Notes: generated by a model from the sequence alone, not told the origin. A DNA stretch of 64,000 nucleotides from Eledone cirrhosa (GCA_964016885.1 OZ024740.1:263438001-263502000); one strand, 5' to 3'; counted from the first letter of the stretch, positions 13,526 to 29,656 are shown. Made by a program: numbers and translations.

Positions 13526-13530
<5 letters not shown>
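13415..13530. repeat. Fold-back palindrome, 53-bp arms (5 mismatches), 10-nt loop
   Basis: ataggaaaatatttaaccccgacggc...gacggctatt-ccagtccaga-aatagccgtc...ggggttaaacattttcctat; lies within a ~190-bp island between (TA)n tracts. Confidence 0.92.
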
Positions 13531-13573
<43 letters not shown>

Positions 13574-13734
13574 TGTGTGTGTGTGTGTGTGAGTATGTGT
13601 GTATGTGTATGTGTGTGTGTATAGATAATGGATTTAAATCGAAGTTGTAGCCGCAGTATAGTAGTTACCCAACAATCGAATTGTTTGAGGCAGTCACAGA
13701 AGCATTCTATGGTCTGAAAATTTAATAAGTTTTC

Positions 13735-13775
<41 letters not shown>

Positions 13776-14171
13776 ATGTACTTGCACACACATACGTAGA
13801 ATACCTGTCTCACACACATAATTCCCAACGCTCTCTATTTCCCACAATCTCCACCATACTTGTCTTTCTCGTTTTCTATCGCTCTACCATTCAAACATGA
13901 GAACGCAGACAAACACACATACAATCACACAAGCATATATTTACAGACATTAATTCACCCTCATCTCGTATAATTCTTTCCCTCTCAATATCACACTCCA
14001 CCCAGTTTTCACACCAAAAACGTATAAAAAGGGCCCAGTGGTGTGGGGTCCTCCCTTTCCTAATTTACTTGCCCCCGCAAATTAAAACTCCTTCCCCCAC
14101 CGGCAAATTATCGTACGCCTCCTCACACCAAAGACATCTTTTTTTAACACTGTGACACCAACACTACCCCC

Positions 14172-14227
<56 letters not shown>

Positions 14228-14376
14228 CATATACATATATATCATATACATATGTATCATATACATATGTATATTCATATGTAGATAAATATATATACAT
14301 ATATGTATATTTATGTATACATGTACATATATGTATATACATATATAAATGCATACAAACACACACACACACACAC

Positions 14377-14436
<60 letters not shown>

Positions 14437-14439
14437 GTG

Positions 14440-14748
14440 TGACAAATTTTTCCCAGTGAAAAATAGTTTCATTAGGAGTAAATAAAAATTAGTAATAAGT
14501 ATTGGTTAGTATTCATTCATTTTTAGTTTTAAGTCTTTACCGCTTGCGCATTTCTAATGCTTTTCAAAAATAATTTTGAGATAGATCGCCCCAAACAACA
14601 CGGGCGCTCTATCTCGAAATTATTTTGTAAAACATTAGAAATACGCAACCGTTAAAGACTTAAATCTAAAAATGAATACTAACCAATACTTATTACTAAT
14701 TTTTACTTATTCCTAATTAAACTATTTTTCACTGGGAACAATTTGTCA
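14440..14748. repeat. Fold-back palindrome, ~150-bp arms, 10-nt loop (family E)
   Basis: tgacaaa..cccagtgaaaaatagttt..gagataga.cgccc-caaacaacac-gggcgctctatctc..aaactatttttcactggg..tttgtca. Confidence 0.92.
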
Positions 14749-14994
14749 GCATTTTCTTTTCCTTTTAGCAATATATATATATATATATATATATCATAAA
14801 ACATGTCTATAGAATCACCAAATAAAATATATACCGTTTCTTCTCCCAATTAGCATGATTAACCATATAAAAAATCAATTAGACCAAGCTACAAGAATAA
14901 AGGCTCCTATGAAGAAATCTCCGACAAATAACCGAAAGCAGCCCCTCGCGGCGGTGCGACGGAGTATTTATCGAGTATTTCGACATATATAACA

Positions 14995-15032
<38 letters not shown>

Positions 15033-15121
15033 CATAGATATACATATATATATATATACATATATACATATATATACATATATATATATACATATATACA
15101 TATATATATACATATATATAT

Positions 15122-15182
<61 letters not shown>

Positions 15183-15189
15183 CATGTAT

Positions 15190-15378
15190 AATATAGAACA
15201 GTTTCTACAGGACTAGAATTATTTCATTCGTGAGAAATCATCAGGAAGCACCTGATGATTTCTCACGAATGAAACAGTTCTAGTCCTGTAGAAGCTCTTC
15301 TATATTAAAACGTTTATACTCTGCTATGTATTGAGTACCTTACCTACGGTGGTTACCTCCGATTCAACCCGGAATAAC
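15190..15378 (+). mobile_element. Family C pLTR-type repeat with inverted 5' copy (palindrome 15190-15306) carrying two back-to-back hammerhead cores
   Basis: ...agaaatcatcagg-aagca-cctgatgatttctcacgaatgaaacagttctagtcctgtagaagc...; family C 3' end cccggaataac followed by (TA)n. Confidence 0.88.
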
Positions 15379-15498
15379 TTATATATATATATACACATGT
15401 ATATACATATATATACATATGGCGTTTCTTTGGCATTTTATAATCTGAGGAAGCTCTTCTTCTCTCCAGGTCTCTATATATGTACATATGTGTATATG

Positions 15499-15588
<90 letters not shown>

Positions 15589-15801
15589 AATACATATATA
15601 TATTTACATATATATATATACATATATATATATAAATACATATATATATACATATATATATGCATATACATACATACATATATATATATATACATATATA
15701 TATACATATATACATATATATATATATTTATACACATACATACATACATATATATATATACATATATATATACATATATACATATATATATATATATATT
15801 T

Positions 15802-15866
<65 letters not shown>

Positions 15867-15883
15867 TACATATATATATATAC

Positions 15884-15916
<33 letters not shown>

Positions 15917-15933
15917 CATATACATACATATAC

Positions 15934-15992
<59 letters not shown>

Positions 15993-16103
15993 AAAGTAAG
16001 TCCATAGAATCATTTGATAAAATATATACACCATCTCCTCTCCCAATCACCATAATCAACCACACAAAAAAACAATTAAACCAGGCTATAAGGTTAAAAG
16101 GCA

Positions 16104-16251
<148 letters not shown>

Positions 16252-16261
16252 TAGACATATT

Positions 16262-16756
16262 GCAGGAGGGTGGGCGCAAGCTTCAGCATCTGGCAATCAG
16301 AAGAAAGGGGTAGGTGTAAACGTCAAACTCGCTATCTTCAGTTCGATGATGAATCTTGGTTAAATACTGAAAGAATACGATCGGGAATATAAGTGGCTGA
16401 AATGGGGTTCATTCATAGGTCTTTGGAGTAACGTTACTAAATAGGGTTCTTAGTTCCTAGACCAAAGAGCAGAGAGAGAGACTCCACGTAGAGCCAATAC
16501 TTCTTTGTGAGATATCATAGCTCCAATACTATGGGCATGTGGTTAGTATGTCTCAGGAAAGATTCGCTGGGCAGATTTTACAGGCAAAAACCATCCGGCA
16601 GGAAAGCCAGGTGTAGACCGTGAGCAAAATGTTTGATAACATGCCTGAGCTTGGCTGGACTCGCTTGGGTATCCAACCAGATCAGTTGGAGATGGTTGCT
16701 TTTAACAGGACACGCTGGAATGAGTGTTTAAGGACTGTGCCCTCCACGAACGTCCC
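16262..16756 (+). mobile_element. Decayed RTE-clade LINE, ORF C-terminal fragment
   Basis: Manual translation with stops and frameshifts: ESWLNTERIRSGI*VAEMGFIHRSLGVTLLNRVLSS...LQYYGHVVSMSQER...PSGRKARCRP...VAFNRTRW, matching the RTE ESW/QAAEM/WFGHV.RM/GRP/A.DR..W motifs; followed by a (GAA)n tail. Confidence 0.85.
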
Positions 16757-16881
16757 AAGAAGAAGAAGAAGAAGAAGAAAAAGAAAAAGAAGAAGAAGAA
16801 GAAGAAGAAGAAGAAGAAGAAGAAGAAGAAGAAGAAAACGAAGACGAAGAAGAAGAAAACGAAGAAGAAGAAGAAGAAGAA

Positions 16882-16913
<32 letters not shown>

Positions 16914-16934
16914 AGAAGAGGAAGGAGAAGAAGA
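16757..16934 (+). repeat. (GAA)n trinucleotide tract, tail of the RTE fragment
   Basis: Seen directly. Confidence 0.95.
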
Positions 16935-17346
16935 TAACAAAATAAAGCGAATGTGTCATCATCAAGAGAAATGTATTATATCGATAAAGAGATTGGCAGA
17001 GTGTGAGGTAAGCAGAGAGTTGAAAGAAGGAGTCAGTTAGCTGTTACTCAGTAGACTTGAGAGTCGTGAAATACAGAGAAAGAATGTCAGGGAAGGGCGA
17101 CACTGCATGTAATATGGCAAAAGATGAGTGGTGGAATGAAGGAAGAAAAAAGTTATATAATAAAGAAAGAGAGAGTCCAAGAGAGACTTGATAAATCTAG
17201 AGAGAGATATTGCGCATGTTAGAGGAATGGCCGACATAAAAATAAAGTAACTATTTAGGATGTTTGTGTTTATGAAATGAAAAGAAGTCATGGAATCAGA
17301 TTTTAATAGAAAAAAAAATGGAAAAAAGAAAATTATATATGTCACA

Positions 17347-17471
<125 letters not shown>

Positions 17472-17776
17472 TGCGAAAGAGAGAGAGAGTGAGAAGTTGC
17501 ATGAGTGATCGCCAGAAGTGTGTGAATGGATATAAATTAAGCATGAGATTTATTTAAGAAAGGATTTAGTAAACCAGGTTGCCCAGTAACTCGATAGATT
17601 TTCTACGATGAACTAGTAGTCTGAAAGAGTTAATGTGTGACTGTGAGTGTATGTCGGTGTGCGTGTAGGTTTGGTTTATATATTGAGAAACATGAAACCG
17701 ATGGTGAAATTTACATTTTGATATAGGAGGCCAGTCAGAGACTGTCACAGCTAGACACACAGACAAATGGTTTGTG

Positions 17777-17874
<98 letters not shown>

Positions 17875-17990
17875 TAGAGAGAGAGAGATCAATAGAGAAA
17901 TAGATAGATATGTTTCTTTTATTTGCCACCAGGGCATCAAAAGTGGGACAAGTACAAAGGGGGGAGTTTACACAAAAAAACAATAGAGAA

Positions 17991-18034
<44 letters not shown>

Positions 18035-18198
18035 GTAGAGAGCTTATGTATATAGAGATAGATATAGTGACATATATATAGAGGCTGAGAATATGAGAGA
18101 AATAGACAACTTATATATATATGTATATATATATATGTATATATATATACATATATATATGTATATATATATACATATATATATATACATATATATAC

Positions 18199-18266
<68 letters not shown>

Positions 18267-18273
18267 TATATAT

Positions 18274-18321
<48 letters not shown>

Positions 18322-18547
18322 AAAGGTGCACGATGAAGTGTACGAGCTACTGAAAAGCAAGTACAAAACGAAAAACAAAATGGAAAATTAGAAGGAACGA
18401 GATACAGTCTAATAGCGAGCGAGAGAAGACGGTGTACAAGTATGCGAGATAGGGAGAGTACTAGAGTGAGTCAAGAGATGAGACAGGTGGGAAAACTTTG
18501 TACGAGTCCGGAGTAACGTAGAGACGTTGATAATTAGGGCGAATATA

Positions 18548-18771
18548 CATGGTGGGCCAGAATTCATGACTCACTTGATTATTTATAGATCTATTATAGA
18601 TCTATAAACCTGTGAGGCGTATTAAGAAATAAAAATATAAATTAACAAATCTCCTAAGCATATTAAGAAATAAAATAATTAATTAAAACAATACAACAAC
18701 AACAATAGCAATAAAATAAGCTTGTTAAGAAATATAACTAACAAGCGAGTCATGAATTCTGGCCCATCCTG
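18548..18771. mobile_element. Tc1/mariner-type MITE (224 bp), ~38-bp TIRs, TA target duplication
   Basis: ta|catggtgggccagaattcatgactcacttg ... caagcgagtcatgaattctggcccatcctg|ta. Confidence 0.88.
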
Positions 18772-19183
18772 TAGATAAAGTGAGCGAGCAGGGTTTGGTG
18801 TAAGTGTTAGAATGAGTCTAATGCAATGAGATAGATAAATATTTCTGCTTTCGGCACAAGGCCAGCAATTTGAGTCGGGTATGAGCGTCGATTAAATCAA
18901 GCCAGTAATGTTCTGCTACTTCCGACCCCGGCAGGATTTCAGCAGAAGATATCCTGGGTCGTAATTATATACTGCAAAGCAGTCGTTTCTCTAATATCTT
19001 TGCCAAACCGTTTGGGAAGAGAGAGTCGATTAAATCGACCCAAATACTTAACCGGTATTTTAATTTGTCAATTTCGAAACGATAAAAGCAAAGTTGAACT
19101 CAGAAAATAAAGAACCGGAACAAATGCTATCAACAATTTGTCCAACACTCAACCAATATATCTCCCTAAAGTGTAGACTAATA

Positions 19184-19447
19184 CTTGTTTCTACTTTAGG
19201 CACAAGGCCAGCAATTACCCAGTGTATACTGATTTCTTGTATAGGCACAAGGCCAGTAATTTGGGGAGAGGGGAAAGTCGATTAAATCGCCTCCAGTACA
19301 TTACTGGTGCTTTATTTTATCGACCCCTTAAGGATGAAAGGCAAAGTTAACCTCGGCGGGATTTGATCTCAGACCGTAAAGGGCCGTAACTCTATGCTGA
19401 AAAGCATGGTGTCCGACTCATTACCGATATTGCCAATCCATCGCCCT
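19184..19447 (-). mobile_element. tRNA-derived SINE with duplicated 3' segment, 15-bp TSD
   Basis: TSD aagtgtagactaata at 19169-19183 and 19448-19462; older decayed copies lie next to it at ~18840-19140. Confidence 0.88.
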
Positions 19448-22400
19448 AAGTGTAGACTAATAATAAAATCAATAGGTGGAATGCGAAAGAAGTATAGATG
19501 TAAAGCGGGGGAATGAATTAACAATGTGATTTCTTAAGCAGCGAGAAACGAAATAAAAAGAAGCGAGATAAAAAGAAACCTGAGAATAGAAAGGTGGGTG
19601 GATAGTGTTTAACAAAGAAAGAGCGAAATAGGAAATGAAAGAAAACAGAGCATGCGGGGGTTGGATGGGATGTTAATTTTAAAGAAAATGAACTGAAAGG
19701 AATCGTCGTTGTTGTTGCTTATGTTGTTATTCTTTAGCCCCAGGTAAGTTCTGATCAAGCACAACTGTGATCAAAAGTTTATATATCTAAATATATCCCT
19801 CTCCCTCCTTTGTTTTCGTACAATATATCAATGTGTATCTAATGTGTTTTCCGTTTTGTTTTGTTATTTTTCAAATAACTGTATGATGTTTCTTAAGGGA
19901 GATTTGGCTGGGTTTTGACCATGTCGAGCCAACCATAACACGAAATATTCGCTCTTGGAGATACATGGATATACGGAGAAAACGAATAAATATGATGAAG
20001 TTGAAGGACTGAAATGTATTTAAGAGAAATCCAAAATTGTAAACAAACAAATAAATAAATAAAAATATAGGATGAGAAAAAGACTAGAGAGAAACAGGCA
20101 GAGAGAGGCAGAGGGATAAGATAGAAGGACATGGAGAAATTGGAGCAGAGAGAGAGAGAGAGAGAGAGAGAGATTAAGCAAGAGAAACTATACGTCGAAT
20201 ACAGCGATACCTTGATGTGACAGATTGACAATGAATGAGGTGAAATGGAAGACGGGGAAAGTGTTTTATTATCAGATATTTTTCTATTTTTAGCACAAGG
20301 CCAGCGAATTTAGAGGAAGACTTTTGATTAAATTAAAACCAGTAATTGATTGTTACTTATTTTTATTGACCCCGGAATTATGAAAGGCAGAATTGACCCC
20401 AACAGGATTTGAACAAGTACTAGAGTCGATTTAATCAGCACTTCCTCTTCCCCAAATTACTGACCTTGTACCTAAAATAGAAATGTTTAGTAAAACAGTT
20501 ATCGGGAATGATTGTCTTAACATAGAGAACAAGTTAAAGTACGGTTGATTTTGTTGTTGTTGTACTGCAATTAAAAGTATTCAAATAATGATCACTCTCT
20601 CTGAGAGTTTTTCATTTTCCGGCTAAAGTTCAACAAATACGTTATCAAATGTGTTCCGCCAACCCTATGAAATGTCGGGGTTATGATACTATAGAAATTT
20701 TGCATAGATTGTTTAGAGATTCCTTCGTTGTATCTAAAAAGTTCCTAATTAGTCTAGATGTTTTAGCTCGGTGTTATCCCAGGGATCGAGTTCTGTTTAA
20801 CCTGTGACAAGTTTTCAAAAGTAAACTTACCCCCACTTTGTTTCGGTCAATAGTTTCAATTCACATCTTGCACATGGCCAACGAATTTGGTGAAAGAGTA
20901 AAGTTGATTAAATTTACCCCAGTAATTAACTGCTATGCCTCATATCATAAATGTGTTTAACCAGGTAAGTTGTAGGACAAAACAATAACAACTTACAGGA
21001 AATGTTTCAACCAGGTACTGCTAACAAAGCAAATTTACAACAGTAATAAATCTATCACCAGTTTTGTCGTACCTCTACCAAGCACGATATATACAGACTA
21101 ACTCTATATGTGAGTACATCACCTAAATTTCAGTTTATGGGAGTGTGTGTCATCGAAGGTTAAGTGAATAAATACATCTATCCCCTGATCATTTGCCTAA
21201 TGGCCAATTATTCTGGTAATTTGGGTAACTTTAGGTTATATTGTAGTGGGTGGGGATAGAAACACATAAATAAGGAAGACTGGATACGATCTAGAATTCT
21301 GAGGAATTTATGGAGAGACTGTATTGGAAAAGAGCAGCGATTGTATCGGTCGGTATTTTGTCATGAAATTAACCCTGCAAATACATAGCTTTTTGTTCGA
21401 TCAGGGTGAGCCACATGTTGCCCTGTGTCTTTTATCACACTTTCGGGTAAAACAAGTGTTGTGAGTAAAATTTGGTTGATGGAAATTGCGTGGAAGCCCG
21501 TTAAAGGTATGTGTCAGCTGTTGGACGGTAGACTTAGTTTAATGAGTTCAATCAGATGTAAGCATTTGGGTCACGTCTATCAGCTAATAAAGATTTCACT
21601 TATTCCGCAAAGCCAGATTCAGGAACCTTATGGACGCTGTCCTTCCACATTCGACTAAGAATTTAAAAGAAGTCAATATGGAAATCTATTTGGATTGAGA
21701 AGTGAAGAGTCTTTTTCGGAGATTGTCCTTCATCTGATGACAGGAAAAAAGGGGAAAGAAAACAAATTGTCGAAGAAAACATCGATAAAGTAAGGGATTG
21801 AAATATTGATATGGTGAGATATATAGTAAGGGTTGGATACGAGAAGAGGAGGTAGATTGAATACAAGGAAGAGAGAGGAAGTGAAAGAGACATGAAAAAG
21901 GCTGAGGAGATGCGGCAAAGAGATGAGTAAGAGAACAAAAGAGAGGGGCAGGGAGAGGGGAATGAGGGACAGATAAGGGGTGCAACGGAAGAAGTATTAA
22001 GAGAAATTAGAGAGATCGATGGAAATGGAGAGCGAGAGATGGGGTATACAATGAGCGACCAAGAAAGAAAGAAAAACATATTTAATCAATTACCTAATTA
22101 CTTAATTGATTCATTGATTAATTAGCTGTTTGATTTAATTGACTGATAGATTTATTAAGAGAAAGAATGTACTAAGTAGAAGACGTGTGTATATGTGTGT
22201 GTATGATTCTATGTTAGTGCGAGTGTGAGATACGACTGGGGGAAGAGGGAACAACTGAAGTGGGAATGTGAAGTAATTATATCAGAGAAATGAGGTATGA
22301 AGAAGGGGAAGATGAAGGAGTCGCACACGCACACATATATATATACATAAATATATACACACACATACAGACACACACATACACACACATATACATAAAT

Positions 22401-22564
22401 ATATACACACACATACATACACACACACAAACACCCATATAAATATGCATGCACACATATATATATATATATATGTGTATATGTATTATTTTATAGACTT
22501 TTGTCTATCAGTATGTGTGTGAGCACATGTGTAAGTATATATAAATACCACAGACGCATATATG

Positions 22565-22630
<66 letters not shown>

Positions 22631-22899
22631 CATATATATATATATATGTATGTTTTTTTTATAGATTACTATATATGTGTATGTATCTATCTACACATAC
22701 ATGTATACATTCAAACGTACTACATAATATACAACACACATCTATACACAGATCTCTCTATCAATTCAAATCTATCTGTATATAGTATGTGCGTGTGTAT
22801 GTGTATGCGTGTATGTGTGTATGTGTGTATGTGTATGTGTGGATATCTGCAGAAGCAACTTTCACGAAGCAACTCCACAGACTGTCATCCATTGCCGAG

Positions 22900-23060
22900 A
22901 GCTCAATGCTGGGCAGTGAAACGAGGAACCCTCAAGAGATGAGAAGCATTTGCAAATCACTTATCCTAAGTAGATTAAACTACTTCTCACATCTTTGGTC
23001 TCGTAGTAGGAGACTACGACTTAACTCCAAATCAGGGAAATTCCGTAAATGTTTCATAGC
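22900..23060 (+). mobile_element. Decayed CR1/L2-like LINE RT C-terminal fragment
   Basis: ORF 22789..23079 contains [27 protein letters not shown], resembling the K.LV.S.LDY.S..WSP motif. Confidence 0.65.
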
Positions 23061-23137
23061 CTCAGCCATTATGATGTAAACGAAAATGAACCATTAAAGA
23101 CAACGCTCAGATACCCATAAACACTGAAACACACACA

Positions 23138-23206
<69 letters not shown>

Positions 23207-23240
23207 AATATATTTTATATATATATATATATATTTATAC

Positions 23241-23283
<43 letters not shown>

Positions 23284-23381
23284 TTATATTTATACATAAA
23301 TTATATATATACATATATATTTATATTTATACATAAATTATATATATATATACATATATATTTATATTTATACATAAATTA

Positions 23382-23414
<33 letters not shown>

Positions 23415-23441
23415 TTATACATAAATTATATATATTTATAC

Positions 23442-23499
<58 letters not shown>

Positions 23500-23671
23500 A
23501 AACTGGGACGGGAACAAAAACAGAGTGACAGTACAAACAGAGGTTTATTAGTTTCACGCTTTTGAGAGTGTGTGTGTGGGGGGGGTAGTTGGTATCCCAG
23601 TGGTGCTGGCTTAAAGCATTGACAGAGTGACAGAACGATACTTCCGATGATTTCATTTCAATATCATTATT

Positions 23672-23970
23672 ATGGATTGGCAGTATCGGAAAGGGGTCGG
23701 ACGCCATGCTTTGCAGCATAGAGTTACGGCCCTTTATGATCTGAGTTCAAATCCCGCCGAGGTTAACTTTACCTTTCATCCTTACATGGACGATAAAATC
23801 AACTTTCTCCTGCCCCAAAATTGCAGGCTTGCAATTTTGAAACCATTATATATATGAGTTCAAATCCTGCCGAGGTTGACTTTGCCTTTAATCCTTACGG
23901 GGTCGATAAAATAAAGTACCAGTAATACACTGGGTATTTGCTGGCCTTGTGCCTAAAGTAGAAACAATTA
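23672..23970 (+). mobile_element. tRNA-derived SINE plus a tandem 5'-truncated copy
   Basis: tggattggcagtatcgg...gagttcaaatcccgccgaggttaacttt; second copy runs from gagttcaaatcc (~23857) to agtagaaacaattat. Confidence 0.85.
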
Positions 23971-23976
23971 TATATA

Positions 23977-24012
<36 letters not shown>

Positions 24013-25451
24013 TGTATGTATGTATGTATGTATGTATATATGTATGTATGTATTATACATATAGAGATATATAGAGATATATATGTATGTATGTATTATA
24101 CATATAGAGATATATATGAGAGAGAGAGAGAAAGAGAATGGTGTAGAGGTAGTGGATGAAGGCGAGGAGGTGAAGAGAAACGCTTATATTTTCAAATTAT
24201 TGGGAACTATAAGAAAGAATTATTCAATAGTGTCATGTAGCGTTGAATAACATCCATTGAAATCAGTGTCTCAATGCGGTGCACCACCCTGGAGGATTTT
24301 ATCTCCAGCTAAAGAAACATGTTTGAATTTTTCCATTGCTGTTGCAGCTCTTACGTCTCTGAATTATTACCTAGGTGTACTCGTCCATTGATACGTAGGA
24401 TTCTAAACCAAATTGATATTTTGTAATCAGCTAATAAAACACTTTTGCATTTCATCATTGCTATCACTGCTTATAACATTATGCATCATTACCTAGGTGT
24501 ATTCGTCCATTGAAACTTAGGTCTCTAAATCAAATCCATTTTTTGTAAATCAATGCTTACCGTGCAACCATAACGAAATTCTTGTAGTTACATAACCAAT
24601 TGTTTCAATGATCAAAATTTACAAACAAAAACAGCGTGTATATAGTTGTGTGGTGAGTTACTATTGTGTGTGTGTTTGGATAAGTGACAATGAGTGCATG
24701 CATATATTGGCCGTATCACTTTGATGAAGTTATTGTATTGCAAAGTAAATGTTATGGTCTTGTAATTCGGTTTAATGTTTTAAGAGTTTATATTTATCAG
24801 TATACGCAAATATATATATACACAAACACACGCACACACATACATAAACACATAATCACACACGCACACATGCATGCATACATACACGTTCATTTACTCT
24901 TTTACTTGCTTTAAACATTCGGCAGTGTTCGCGTTAGGTTAGAATGTACTTGTGTGTATGAATGAGAGTGCTCTTACATGTGTGTATGTATATCAGTATA
25001 TAGACCAAGGCCCCAATTTTAACACTCCTCCCTCCCTATATACAGCAACCTGCATTAGTTGAAATAGAAAGACTAAGTAAATTGACCTTACTAGTCAGAG
25101 ATGACCTACACAAACTCCACGACGCGAGTAATACAAATATTTAAACCTATGATCATCAGTTTAATCGTTTGTATCTTATTTCTATAATCTTTCCCACACC
25201 ATCCCTTTTTCTATCATCAAATTCATCTCTTTGTTAGCCTTAATTTATCTTTCTATATCTTTAACAAGTAAGAGACACCCCATCAGCCCATATGCTATCA
25301 TTTTTCACTGGCTTCTCTTCCTGACTATTCTTTGTTTACTCCAGTTGTATCCACTCTTCTTTCTCTCTCTCTCTCTTTCCCTCTCTCTATTTATCTATCC
25401 ATCTCTCAATCTATTTATTTGTCTGTCTGTCTATTTATCTTACCCCCCCCC

Positions 25452-27237
<1,786 letters not shown>

Positions 27238-27410
27238 TAAGATAAAATAAATTGTTAAAAAATAAGAGGAGAGAGCCAGGCTATTAGGGTTTTCTTAATA
27301 CTTGAAGTATTCGTGTGTTTGGAAATACGGATTTCAAGTCGCTTGAGTATTTGACCGTTTTGTCAGACACCATCATCTAATTTGTAAAATTGCTTAGAGG
27401 TTGTCTGTTG

Positions 27411-27484
<74 letters not shown>

Positions 27485-28064
27485 CTCTCCCCTCTATCTA
27501 TCATTCTCGCCCTCTTTCTCTTTCTCCCACTCTCGCTTTCTCCTACTCTTTTCTTCACACTATCCGTCTTCAATTCTCACTCACTCTGCGATTGCTTCCC
27601 ATTCTTTTTCTTTAATATTTTGATAGTTTCAGTCATTAACATGTGGCCTTGCTGGAGTACCACATTAAAGAATTTTGTTTTCAATCTTAATTTTTAGTTT
27701 ATCGATCTCTTTTTCTCTAAAGGCTACGTTAGAGAGCATAAATACAGACAGAAGCGTAAATACACGAACATTATATATACATAAAGGTGTAGTACTAGGA
27801 AAAACAAACGACTAGGCATGAAGTAACGCTCCGCCCGGTAATCGAGCCTGTTTTACGATCGTGAACCGTAAACAATAAACATTATATTTTTTCCCCGTAA
27901 CACCTGAGCGAATCGTTTGGGACACCATATTGACATAAGATGTTTCTTAGGCAAATTTCAAACCTGGCAGAGCCCATCTCCTCTCCAGGTCTGAATAGAG
28001 ACGATTTCTTCCCGAGAAGTATAGAGGGTAAGGGAATGGAAATGAAAAAAGGGCTATAGAGGAA

Positions 28065-28198
28065 GAATCGACTCAGGTACTTGAGGATGAAAGGTAAAGT
28101 TGACCTCGGCGGGATTTGAACTCAGAGATCTGAGAGACGAAACAAATACCACGAAGCATTCTACTCGACGTTCTAACGACCCGACCAATTCGCCGCCT
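28065..28198 (-). mobile_element. tRNA-derived SINE, diverged
   Basis: ggatgaaaggtaaagttgacctcggcgggatttgaactcag...ccaattcgccgcc. Confidence 0.8.
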
Positions 28199-29234
28199 TC
28201 AAACACTACTATATATATTTAAAATAGTGTAGGCCTGTGACAATTTAAGAAATTACAGATTGCATTTATTTATTTACACGTTTACTCTTTTATCTGGTCC
28301 AGCCCACTAGCTGAGGCCATGCTGTGGTACCATCATTATTTATTTATTTATTTATTTATTTTCGCCCGATTAAGTAGAGATATTCGACAGTCAGACTTTT
28401 GAAGTGGTTCGGTAACTCCTCTCTACTCACCTGCACGCCACCCACTAACACTAACAACAGCACCAGAACCACCAACACCACTACCACCCATCACCACCAA
28501 TACCACGCCTAAAACCATTAGCACAACATCACCACACACACCTCAACCTTACCTTCCTTCACACCACGCCCATCACCACTACGCCCACCTCTAACGCCAC
28601 AACCACCATCTGCACCTTGGTTCATCGTTTTACCTATCCGTCCCATTCGTTTGTTCTTTCTTTTCTTCTCAATACATTCATCACCCGCATCCCACACGGC
28701 ATTTCATATAAATCATCTCTCGTTTCCCGCTTTATTATGACAAAAGATAAATAAATAAATGACCTTTGTTTAAGTGTTGGTATATGAAATGGCAACAGCT
28801 GAAATAGGGTTCAGTGTTGAAAGGAAGAGAGAGGTGAGTGATAGGATAGAAAACAGAGCCTTTTACTGGTTTCGATGTTCAGACTGCAATCATGCTGTGG
28901 TATCGGCTTGATTTAGTGGATCATATAGACTACAGTAATTATTTTATCGATTTATATTGTTTCGGGACATATGCACAAACAAATGTTGTCACAAACATGG
29001 ACAGATACAAACTGACACACTGACACATACAAATATATATATACCAGTGTATGATAAAATGATACCTGTATATCAGTATATAAAAACGTATATACAGATA
29101 AAGTTATAACTATATATATATCTGTATGCAACAAGTTTATATAGAGAATATATACGCCCTTTGATGAGGGACACAACTCGATCCGTGAATGAATTAAATA
29201 TGTGTCTATCATTTTGTGAATTTATAGGGGAAAA

Positions 29235-29294
<60 letters not shown>

Positions 29295-29338
29295 AACTAA
29301 AATAAATGTCAAATATTTAAAATTTGGCTTCGTTTATT

Positions 29339-29396
29339 ACTGCTATATATATTTCGGTGAAAGCCAAAGTCTTTGGCTGTGACCTCTTCAGGCAGT
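29339..29396 (-). ncRNA. Type I hammerhead ribozyme, family A
   Basis: Minus strand: actgc-CUGAAGA-ggtcacagccaaagactttggctttcacc-GAAA-tatata-UA-gcagt. Confidence 0.85.
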
Positions 29397-29601
29397 CCGA
29401 ATTAGTGTGGTAGAGACGAGTACACATGTTGTTGAGGTGTTTAAGTTTGTCAATACTCTGATATGCTCAGTTCCTGGTTGGGTTGTTATTTCACAGTTCC
29501 TCAGTGAAATAACAACCCAACAAGGAACTGGGCATATCAGAGTATTGACTAACTTAAACACCTCAAAAACATTTGTACACGTCTCTACCACACTAATTCG
29601 G

Positions 29602-29656
29602 ACTGCCTGAAGAGGTCACAGCCAAAGATGGCTGTCACCGAAATATATATAGCAGT
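29602..29656 (+). ncRNA. Type I hammerhead ribozyme, family A
   Basis: actgc-CUGAAGA-ggtcacagcca(aaga)tggctgtcacc-GAAA-tatata-UA|gcagt; 5-bp stem I, palindromic stem III, AUA site; AATAAA immediately downstream. Confidence 0.9.

Noticed and set aside
16620-16965. Poly-R, poly-K and poly-S ORFs
   Set aside because: (GAA)n tail of the RTE fragment; only the N-terminal part is LINE-derived.
24330-24555. Two diverged ~120-bp tandem units (attacctaggtgta.tcgtccattga)
   Set aside because: A real but old local duplication with no assignable family or function.
29388-29610. Two near-identical 67-aa ORFs on opposite strands
   Set aside because: A consequence of the palindrome, not a gene pair.
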